DNA of 47,627 nt, from contig JANXRO010000205.1 in NCBI GenBank assembly GCA_025356765.1, positions 1 to 47,627 on the forward strand, read 5' to 3'. This stretch comes from Hyphomicrobiales bacterium. GTDB taxonomy: Bacteria; Pseudomonadota; Alphaproteobacteria; Rhizobiales; Aestuariivirgaceae. Positions within the stretch are counted from its first letter, which is position 1. Each line of letters begins with the position of its first letter. The notes under the pieces are model-generated. The model was not told the origin of the DNA, did not search any database, and saw nothing but the letters and a program-made list of their open reading frames with translations. The translations under genes were made by a program, and so were the position numbers. Positions 9,867-17,815 of this stretch are shown piece after piece.

Positions 9867-9944
9867 GTTAACCTTCTATTGACTCCAACTTACAACTGCA
9901 AGGTGATCTTGACCCAATTTAACGCCAATTAACAATTGCTTAGG
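9867..9944. promoter_or_regulatory. Two candidate CtrA boxes upstream of the acylation operon
   Basis: TTAA-ccttcta-TTGAC (9868-9883, overlapping GACTC) and TTAA-caattgc-TTAGG (9929-9944). Confidence 0.45.
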
Positions 9945-9998
9945 CCGGAGCATGTTAATTTTCAGGCACAGTAAGTGGCGTAAATTGGGGCGGCTATC

Positions 9999-11249
9999 GT
10001 GAGTTTGAGTTTAGACAGTGGTGCGAACGACGCAGATGAACTTGTGCGTGCATTGCGTTTTGCGTCAACTGCGGCAAAGCAGCTTCCCGCTGCTAAAGCG
10101 CTCGATGTTGTGGGTGCTGCACCTTTTGGCACGCAAGCTCAAAAATTGAAAAAAGCTGTCGGTCAAATTTTTTATGGTTTGGCATTTGGCGCAGCGTTTG
10201 TGGCAAGCATGGCTGGCATTTATTATGGCAACCAAGTCTATGGGCCAGAGATGTATGGCCAAAATGGAATGGCACCCGCCGCTGAAGCCCATGCAGCCAA
10301 CAAGAATTATGCAGTTTTCGACCTAAATTTAAATGTTCGTGCACTGCGTGAAGAACAACTGAAACGTATGACGAAGACGCCGGAACTTATCATTCTTGGC
10401 GCCAGCCAATGGCAAGAGGGCCACAAAGAATTATTGAAGGGCATGGACGTTTATAATGCTCATATTCATCGCGATTATTGGGAAGATCCACTTGGCATGG
10501 TGGAGCTTCTTGTGCGTTACAATAAGCTTCCCAAAAAGCTTATAATTGCTATTCGCGATAAGCAGTTTACGCCAGTGGATGCGCGTAAAGACTGGCTTTG
10601 GGAGCCAGGCATTCCGGCATACCGGGCCATGACACAGCGTCTTGGAATTGAAACTGAAAGTTATTGGAAGACAGCGCCCTACCATCGTTTGCAAGCACTC
10701 ATTTCGTTGCCAATGCTATTTGAGAATTTTACACGCTGGTATAATGCCGCTGAACACCCCGGGCCAACCACCGCCACACAATTGGAAAATATGGATTTGA
10801 TCATGCCTGATGGCTCGATCGAATGGTCGAAATTCAAAAGAAATAATGTGTTCACGCCACAACGCACAGCGAATGAAGTTGATGCTTTGGTGAAAGCAAA
10901 TTTAAGCAGCCCCTTGTTGATTGATCCTCAAGGTGTTGCTGCCTACGAAGCGCTGTTTACATTTTTAAAAAAACAAGGCGTTCAGGTCTATCTCACCAAC
11001 CCGCCCTACAATCCGGCTTTCTATGATAGAATTGTGGGAACATCATATGCCGAAGGTGTTGGTCGTGTTGAAGCCCTGACACAAAAGTTTTCAACTGAAT
11101 ATGGATTTCCTATTTTCGGAAATTTCAACCCGCACAAAGTGGGCTGCACATCAGACATGTATATCGACGCAGAACATTCAAGCCCACAATGTTTGCAGAA
11201 GGTGTTTGACCAGTTCCTGGCTCTTGATGGCGTGAGAAAGTCAAGCTGA
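9999..11249 (+). CDS. Membrane-anchored SGNH-like acyltransferase (DltD/AlgJ-like)
   Basis: Single N-terminal TM; IILGASQ (GxS nucleophile), NPPYNP and YIDAEH (DxxH); TGATG coupling to MBOAT; start uncertain. Confidence 0.7.
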   Translation: MSLSLDSGANDADELVRALRFASTAAKQLPAAKALDVVGAAPFGTQAQKLKKAVGQIFYGLAFGAAFVASMAGIYYGNQVYGPEMYGQNGMAPAAEAHAANKNYAVFDLNLNVRALREEQLKRMTKTPELIILGASQWQEGHKELLKGMDVYNAHIHRDYWEDPLGMVELLVRYNKLPKKLIIAIRDKQFTPVDARKDWLWEPGIPAYRAMTQRLGIETESYWKTAPYHRLQALISLPMLFENFTRWYNAAEHPGPTTATQLENMDLIMPDGSIEWSKFKRNNVFTPQRTANEVDALVKANLSSPLLIDPQGVAAYEALFTFLKKQGVQVYLTNPPYNPAFYDRIVGTSYAEGVGRVEALTQKFSTEYGFPIFGNFNPHKVGCTSDMYIDAEHSSPQCLQKVFDQFLALDGVRKSS

Positions 11250-12760
11250 TGTCATTTACTTCATTGCAATTCATTTTTGGATTCGTGCCTGTGGCTTATA
11301 TCGGCTTTGTTCTTGCCCACCGTTTTGGTGGCCCAAAGCAAGCGATCAATTTGTTGGCAACCATTTCATTGGTTTTTTACGCAATGTGGGGCTTGCCTTT
11401 GTTGGCAATCTTGTTGTTGTCCATGATTTTCAATTTTACAATGGGCAACGTGATTGCGAATTTAAGCAGCAATCCAAAGATGGCGAAAAACCTTCTCGCC
11501 GGCGGCGTTATCGCTAATTTAGGCATGCTTGGTTATTTGAAATATAGTAACTTCTTCATTGATGTGGCCAACCAGTTCTCTGGCGGCGGCATTGACCATC
11601 TAAGTATTGTTGCTCCGCTCGGCGTATCATTCTTTACCTTCGTACAGATTGGCTTTTTGATCGATGCGTCAAATGGAAAATTGATGCCGCACAACTTTTC
11701 GCGTTACATTGTTTTCTCGGCATTTTTCCCTTGTGTCACCGCAGGACCGCTGGTGATGCAACGTGAAATGATGGATCAGTTGAGTGATCCGAAATTTCCG
11801 GCCTTGGACATGCGCCGCGTGTTTATCGGCATCACCATGTTTGCCATGGGGCTTTGCAAAAAAGTTCTGCTTGCCGACAGCATTGCACCTTTTGCTGATA
11901 GTGTTTTTGGCGGCGCACAACATGGTTTGGCGATTGATGCTGGCACATCTTGGATTGGTGCTCTGAGCTATACGCTGCAATTGTATTTTGATTTCTCTGG
12001 CTATTCAGACATGGCCATTGGTTTGGGCACAATTTTTGGAATTAAACTTCCACTCAATTTTGACTCGCCACTTAAATCGACAAATATTTCCGAATTTTGG
12101 CGTCGTTGGCATATGACGATGACACGTTTTTTCACCGCATATATTTATTCAGGACTAGCAATGCACGGTATGCGCAGCGGAATGCGCTGGAAGCTCAATC
12201 GATTTGGCCGCTTTTTTCTTGCAGCCGCAGCGCCCTCTATTCTGACGTTCCTGTTTGCAGGAATTTGGCACGGCGCGGGTTGGACGTTCGTTATCTATGG
12301 CCTGATGCATGGCCTTGCCATTGCAATATTTTTGGCTTGGCGTGAATTTTCCGGAATTAAACTTCCGTCGCCTTTGGCGTGGTTGACTACAACTGTTACC
12401 GTGGTTTGTGGTTTGGTGATGTTTCGATCGTCTGACGTGCCGACGGCATTAAAAATGTTTGGCAACATGACTGCCTTGGGCAGTTCGGCCAGCACAGGCC
12501 CAGCACTGACAATTGATAGCGCGCAGGCATTGTCGATGATTGTGGTGATGGGTGCAATAGCGCTGTTGTTGCCAAACACACAACAATTTTTACACCGCGA
12601 ATGGCCAGTGATTGATTCGATGCCAGAGGAGACACCTTTGGCTGCCGGCCTTCTTGCATGGACACCAAAATTAAGTTCCGCACTTTTGACCGCTTTGGTT
12701 TTGACTGCGGGAATTGCTTCAATCGGATCCAGTTCGGGGTTCCTCTATTACAAATTCTAA
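11249..12760 (+). CDS. MBOAT O-acyltransferase (AlgI/DltB/PatA family)
   Basis: PLGVSFFTF, QLYFDFSGYSDMAIG, EFWRRWHMT, GIWHGAGW (catalytic His); C-terminal FLYYKF. Confidence 0.93.
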   Translation: MSFTSLQFIFGFVPVAYIGFVLAHRFGGPKQAINLLATISLVFYAMWGLPLLAILLLSMIFNFTMGNVIANLSSNPKMAKNLLAGGVIANLGMLGYLKYSNFFIDVANQFSGGGIDHLSIVAPLGVSFFTFVQIGFLIDASNGKLMPHNFSRYIVFSAFFPCVTAGPLVMQREMMDQLSDPKFPALDMRRVFIGITMFAMGLCKKVLLADSIAPFADSVFGGAQHGLAIDAGTSWIGALSYTLQLYFDFSGYSDMAIGLGTIFGIKLPLNFDSPLKSTNISEFWRRWHMTMTRFFTAYIYSGLAMHGMRSGMRWKLNRFGRFFLAAAAPSILTFLFAGIWHGAGWTFVIYGLMHGLAIAIFLAWREFSGIKLPSPLAWLTTTVTVVCGLVMFRSSDVPTALKMFGNMTALGSSASTGPALTIDSAQALSMIVVMGAIALLLPNTQQFLHREWPVIDSMPEETPLAAGLLAWTPKLSSALLTALVLTAGIASIGSSSGFLYYKF

Positions 12761-12775
12761 AAGGGAGAAAAAAAT

Positions 12776-13987
12776 ATGAACACCTATAACCATAATTTCA
12801 GCGAGTTCGTTTTGGATTTGCCACGCGAAGTAGACCGCGAAGTGGCCGGCGACATTGAAAAAGAGTCAGTTTTTGTTTCTCCTTTTATTGAGAGAATTCA
12901 TGTGAGCGAAGATGGCAAAACAGCTCGTGTTGTTGTGCGCCCTGGTGCTGATCTTGATGAAACTAAAGAAAAAACTGAACGTTTCCTGGCTGTGATGGTT
13001 CGCCAGATTACAGGTTTTGAAATTAAGGTTTTCGTTGAAACAAAACGTAAAGATACTGGGCCATATCAGATTGGCGTAAACGACGAACTCGTTAAGCGCG
13101 GCTGGATGCACGATTATGGCAAAGGCCAGGTGGCCTATAGTGGCCCCGTGTTAAAATTGGCCAAGTTGATCAATGACAAAGCTGGCGAACTTTATAAAGA
13201 TGCATTTGCTGCCAAGGAATCGCATTTTCCGGCAATGATTGATGCAGATACGCTGCACAAATGTGGCTATTTCGACTCCCACCCGAATGCCGTGACTTTT
13301 GTTGGCAATGTGATTGAAGACTTTGATGCCATCGAAGAGTTTCGCCGTGCCAATTCTTGCTCTGAAGGCGCATTAATGCCGCAGCAAGATCACATTCACA
13401 TCGACGGAATGTGTCTCAATCCGGCTGCGTGTTTTCCGTGCTATCCAACGTTGACCGGCCAATCTTTTGATGAAGGCCAATGTTTCACTTGGCTGGGCCG
13501 CGTGTTCCGTTACGAATCACGCAACATCAATGGCCTTGATCGCCTTTATGAATTCAACGTGCGTGAATTGGTGTTTGTGGGCGACGAGGATTATGTGCGC
13601 AGCGTGCGTGCCAAGGCTTTGCCGGTTGTTGAACAACTTGCTGCATTCATGGATATTGATTGCCAAGTGCAAACTGCAACGGACCCATTTTTCGCCACGG
13701 TTTCTGCTGCCAAAAAGTTTTGGCAGGCCTCGCAGGAAGTGAAAAATGAAATCAAGATTCCGGCCTTGGGCAATGATGGAAGTGTCAAGCAGCTCGCTTG
13801 TGGCTCGATCAACCTCCACGGCAATTTCTTTGGCAAGCGTTTTGGCTTCACATGCAAGAACGGCGAGCCGGCCCAAACAGGCTGCGTGGGCTTGGGCATT
13901 GAACGCTGGGTACTTGCCGCATTTACACAACACGGTTTTGATGAAAGTCGCTGGCCTGAAGCCGTGCGCAACATAATTTTTGCTTAA
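12776..13987 (+). CDS. Amino acid:[carrier protein] ligase-like protein, homolog of methanogen-type zinc-dependent SerRS
   Basis: Class II motif 2 (VFRYES..RLYEFNVRELVFVG), motif 3 (GCVGLGIERW), PAACFPCYP and ATDPFF; GGGAGA RBS; ACP gene directly downstream. Confidence 0.85.
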   Translation: MNTYNHNFSEFVLDLPREVDREVAGDIEKESVFVSPFIERIHVSEDGKTARVVVRPGADLDETKEKTERFLAVMVRQITGFEIKVFVETKRKDTGPYQIGVNDELVKRGWMHDYGKGQVAYSGPVLKLAKLINDKAGELYKDAFAAKESHFPAMIDADTLHKCGYFDSHPNAVTFVGNVIEDFDAIEEFRRANSCSEGALMPQQDHIHIDGMCLNPAACFPCYPTLTGQSFDEGQCFTWLGRVFRYESRNINGLDRLYEFNVRELVFVGDEDYVRSVRAKALPVVEQLAAFMDIDCQVQTATDPFFATVSAAKKFWQASQEVKNEIKIPALGNDGSVKQLACGSINLHGNFFGKRFGFTCKNGEPAQTGCVGLGIERWVLAAFTQHGFDESRWPEAVRNIIFA

Positions 13988-14015
13988 AAATTTTTGATTT
14001 AACAGGAGAGAAAAA

Positions 14016-14279
14016 ATGCAACTTTATAACCTTGTCGGAAAAGTTCTTGATGTTGAGCCTTCACTGCTCAACGATGAATCAAATGCGCAAAACACGCCAA
14101 AATGGGATTCACTGCGCCACATTGAAGTGCTTTTCGCAATTGAAAATGCATTCCATGTGCGCTTCACAATGCCTGAAATTTCTGGCCTTCGGAAGCTTGG
14201 CGACATTCGCAAACTTTTAGCAACGAAGAACGTGATTCTGAACGCTGAAGTTCCAGAAGAAACACGAAAATTCGCTTAA
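14016..14279 (+). CDS. Acyl/aminoacyl carrier protein
   Basis: 87 aa; WDSLRHIEVLFAIENAF phosphopantetheine-attachment motif; AGGAGA RBS. Confidence 0.9.
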   Translation: MQLYNLVGKVLDVEPSLLNDESNAQNTPKWDSLRHIEVLFAIENAFHVRFTMPEISGLRKLGDIRKLLATKNVILNAEVPEETRKFA

Positions 14280-14312
14280 CCGAAGTCTGACGAATAGATT
14301 TTCATCAACACA

Positions 14313-16409
14313 ATGCATGGTCACATGAACACAGGTTCTACCATAAAAGTTTTAATCGTCGATGATGATGAGGATGATCTCTATCTCATCACAGACGCTT
14401 TGAAACAGGTTGTGAACAACCGTTACGACATTACAACAGCGTCATCAGCGCTGTTGGCAATGCGGGAATTGTCGCTGAACTCTTTCGATGTCATTTTCAG
14501 CGACTATCGGTTGGGTGCAGTGACGGGCATCGACTTCATCAATGGTGTTCGTAGCGCTGGTATTGATACGCCGATAATCTTGCTGACGGGTATTTCGGAT
14601 CAGTTGGTTGACAACGCTGCATTGAAGGCTGGTTCATCAGATTTCATTTCGAAAACGTCGCTCAATCCTGATGTTTTGGATCGGTCGGTGCGATATTCTT
14701 TGGCCCATGGCAATCGCCAGCGGTTGTTGCAGAGTATTCTGAAAAATACTAAATCTGCCATTGCTGTGATGAACCAAGACGGTTCTGAAAGCTTAGCCAA
14801 TCGACAAATGTCACAATTTGCTCAACTCGCTTTTGGTGATGTTGCTGATAGCAAGCGCAAGCTGATTGAAATTGCGTTTGCCTCAGAGAAACAGGATATA
14901 TTTTTGGGTGAAATGGTGTTGGAGCGCCATGTTACAAAGCTTGCTGATGGAAGTTCCATTCTTACGCTGCATGATGTGACAGACCGGGTAAATGATTTGC
15001 GCGCGCGCGAGCAGGCGGAGGAACGCATTCGCGCAATTGCGGTGAGAGATACATTGACGAACTTGCCCAACCGCATGGCATTTAACAGTGTGATGGACGA
15101 TTGCTTGCAACACGCAAGGGAGAACGGAACCAAACTGGCGGTTTTGTTGTTTGATTTTAACCGATTTAAAGAGGTGAATGATCTTTTTGGCCACGCTGCA
15201 GGCGACCATATTCTTATTCAAGGTGCCAGTCATTTGCGTTCGACATTGGGAGAAGGCGAATTTTGTGCACGCCTTGGTGGCGACGAATTTGTTCTGATTA
15301 AGCAAAATGCTGAACACGATAGCGCATTGGATTTGGCACAACGCATCTCAACAAGCTTGGCCATGACCGTACAATGGGAAGACAAGGTTATTGAAACCAG
15401 CGTAACTGTTGGTGTGGCGCTTTATCCCCAGCACGGCAAGAACCGCCAAGAGTTGCTGGGCAATGCAGATCTTGCGATGTATCGCGGCAAATCTGAAATT
15501 GACCGTTCTATATGCGTGTTTGATGCCAGCATGGATCAACTTATTCGCTATCGCCGTGCGCTGGGGCATGATTTGCGTCATGCTATTCAAGACGATCAAT
15601 TGAGCTTGGCCCTGCAACCGCAATTTATTACTGCATCAGGGCAATTAGCAGGATTTGAAGCTCTGTTACGCTGGCACAGCCCAACCCGTGGCCCTGTTTC
15701 TGCCGCTGAGTTTATTCCAATTGCTGAAGAAAACGGTTTGATCATTGAAATTGATCGATGGGTGTTGCGGCGCGGCTGCAAACTTTTATCTGTCTATGAT
15801 TGGTTGCCGCGCATGGCGGTGAATGTATCAGCAAGAGCAATTTGTCAGCCAACGATTGTGGCTGATATTCGCGCCGCGTTGGTCGATCATGGCATTTCAC
15901 CCAAACGGCTTGAGTTGGAAATTACAGAAACTGCGCTTATTCTAGATTTGAATCGCGCCCTTCATAATTTGCGACAAATTAAAGCACTCGGCATTTCTAT
16001 TGCCATGGATGATTTTGGAATTGGCTATTCATCTTTGTCGTTGCTGAATTCATTCCCGTTTGATCGGATTAAGGTCGACGGATCGTTTATCCAACTTACA
16101 GGCTCTAACGATCGTTCAGACGCAATCTTCAAAGCTGTTGTTGGATTGGGCACTGCTCTCAGCGTTCCAGTTTTAGCTGAAGGTGTTGAGACTGCTTTAC
16201 AGCACCAATTTGCGAAGGCTTCGGGCTGTGATGAACTGCAGGGGTATCATTTTGGACGGCCTGTGCAAGAAGTTCAAATTGCAAAGATGCACGCCGATTT
16301 GGACGGCCAGTTATCGCTTGAGAATATAAAAGCTTGGCAACAGCGGTTGAAATTAACACAATCCACAACTGCACAAAAAGCACCAATGGCGGTTGGACAA
16401 CACGCCTAA
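14313..16409 (+). CDS. REC-GGDEF-EAL c-di-GMP signalling protein
   Basis: IVDDDEDD..DYRLG receiver; RLGGDEF; FEALLRW; DDFGIGYSS; EGVET; start may be ATG 14325. Confidence 0.92.
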   Translation: MHGHMNTGSTIKVLIVDDDEDDLYLITDALKQVVNNRYDITTASSALLAMRELSLNSFDVIFSDYRLGAVTGIDFINGVRSAGIDTPIILLTGISDQLVDNAALKAGSSDFISKTSLNPDVLDRSVRYSLAHGNRQRLLQSILKNTKSAIAVMNQDGSESLANRQMSQFAQLAFGDVADSKRKLIEIAFASEKQDIFLGEMVLERHVTKLADGSSILTLHDVTDRVNDLRAREQAEERIRAIAVRDTLTNLPNRMAFNSVMDDCLQHARENGTKLAVLLFDFNRFKEVNDLFGHAAGDHILIQGASHLRSTLGEGEFCARLGGDEFVLIKQNAEHDSALDLAQRISTSLAMTVQWEDKVIETSVTVGVALYPQHGKNRQELLGNADLAMYRGKSEIDRSICVFDASMDQLIRYRRALGHDLRHAIQDDQLSLALQPQFITASGQLAGFEALLRWHSPTRGPVSAAEFIPIAEENGLIIEIDRWVLRRGCKLLSVYDWLPRMAVNVSARAICQPTIVADIRAALVDHGISPKRLELEITETALILDLNRALHNLRQIKALGISIAMDDFGIGYSSLSLLNSFPFDRIKVDGSFIQLTGSNDRSDAIFKAVVGLGTALSVPVLAEGVETALQHQFAKASGCDELQGYHFGRPVQEVQIAKMHADLDGQLSLENIKAWQQRLKLTQSTTAQKAPMAVGQHA

Positions 16410-17749
16410 TCAGCTTTTTTTGGCAGATTCATCAACACGTCTTCGCGCAATTTTGAAACGGCATTGGCATGCCCGTCGAAGCCTTCATAGGTTGCTAAAA
16501 CATGGGCTTGCTTTGCAAGATCTGGATAACCCTTGCTGGTGACATAGGCAATTGAAGTGCGTTTCATAAAATCAAAAACAGAAATGGCCGACGATGTTTT
16601 TGCCCAGCCACTTGTTGGCAAGCAATGATTGGGACCGATCACATAATTGCCCAGCGTGCTTGGTGTATGTTCGCCCAAAAGAATTTCACCGGCATGTTCA
16701 AGCCTGCCTAAATATTGGAAGGGCTCTTTTGACAAAACTTCCAAATGTTCTGGGGCATATTCATTGCAAAATGCAATTGCGTCGGCTTCATCGCGGGCCA
16801 AAACGATGCCGCCCATCGAGCCAGACAAAACTGTGCTTGAATAACCCACGCGCAATGCGCTCATGTGCTTCCAATATTCGGGAATTGCAGCCAAGGCTTC
16901 TTCTGCAACGTGTCTGTTCCATGTCACAAGATAGGCTGAACTATCAGGGCCATGTTCGGCTTCTACGAGAAGATCAAGAGCCGCGAGTTTTCCGCTTACG
17001 CTATCGTCGGCCAAGATGATCACTTCACTTGGCCCCGCGGGTGTGCCTGTATCTATGATATGCGAAAGCAAACGCTTGGCGGCACCCACCCAAGGGCTTC
17101 CAGGGCCCACCACTTTGGTGGCCTTGGAGATTGTCTGCGTGCCATATGCAACAGCCGCAATGCCTTGTGCGCCGCCGGCTTTATAAACCTTGCTTACACC
17201 AGCCATGCGGGCTGCCACCAATGTGGCATCATCAATCTGCCCGTTGGGGCCGGGCGGGGTTATGATACAAATATCTTTCACACCAGCTACTTGTGCTGGA
17301 ATTGTGAGCATCAGTGCAGCCGACGGAAACGCGCCCTTGCCACGCGGAACATAACACGCAACCGAGGGAATGGGTGAAGCACGATCGCCACCGAATGCGC
17401 CGGGCCTGATTTCATGCAGCCACATTTTTTCCGGCATTTGTTCTTGATGGAACTTACGGATTGATCCTGCTGCAAATTCCAACGCTTCACGCACTTCTGG
17501 AGCAAGAGTTTTTTCTGCGGCGGCAAAATCTGCCTCGGTGGCTGCAATGTTGCCAGACTCTACGGGGGCCTTGTCAAATTCTCTTGCAAATCGTGCCAAG
17601 GCTTCATCACCTTCGACGCGCACGGCCTCTATAATGGGATTAACTTTGGCTTCAAACGAGGAAAGATCTGTTTCCGTGCGCTGCTGCAATTTAGTGCGCT
17701 CGGCAACAGAAAGATTGGCCAATTGATGAAAGTTGATCAAGGGGGTCAC
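16406..17749 (-). CDS. Histidinol dehydrogenase homolog (non-canonical Zn ligands)
   Basis: GGAQGIAAVAYGT, VGPGS, PAGPSE, APEHL; EAEH and LGNY in place of QAEH and GDY; GTG start with AGGA RBS. Confidence 0.85.
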   Translation of the reverse strand: MTPLINFHQLANLSVAERTKLQQRTETDLSSFEAKVNPIIEAVRVEGDEALARFAREFDKAPVESGNIAATEADFAAAEKTLAPEVREALEFAAGSIRKFHQEQMPEKMWLHEIRPGAFGGDRASPIPSVACYVPRGKGAFPSAALMLTIPAQVAGVKDICIITPPGPNGQIDDATLVAARMAGVSKVYKAGGAQGIAAVAYGTQTISKATKVVGPGSPWVGAAKRLLSHIIDTGTPAGPSEVIILADDSVSGKLAALDLLVEAEHGPDSSAYLVTWNRHVAEEALAAIPEYWKHMSALRVGYSSTVLSGSMGGIVLARDEADAIAFCNEYAPEHLEVLSKEPFQYLGRLEHAGEILLGEHTPSTLGNYVIGPNHCLPTSGWAKTSSAISVFDFMKRTSIAYVTSKGYPDLAKQAHVLATYEGFDGHANAVSKLREDVLMNLPKKAD

Positions 17750-17815
17750 TGCGGTTTCCTGTCTTTTGGAAGATGAGCACCTAGCCGCATCGGACAGGTT
17801 TTTCAATGTCGCTTG

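Noticed and set aside
11249-12760. Calling the operon a plain alginate or peptidoglycan O-acetylation (algIJF/patAB) locus
   Set aside because: No algF or alginate synthesis genes, and the linked ligase and ACP imply a carrier-bound donor, not acetyl-CoA
12776-13987. Calling this the housekeeping seryl-tRNA synthetase (serS)
   Set aside because: It lacks the bacterial N-terminal coiled-coil arm and TxE motif, has zinc-type Cys motifs, and sits beside an ACP
16406-17806. Canonical hisD with start at 17806
   Set aside because: Zn-ligand substitutions, no his context, and a better GTG start with RBS at 17749
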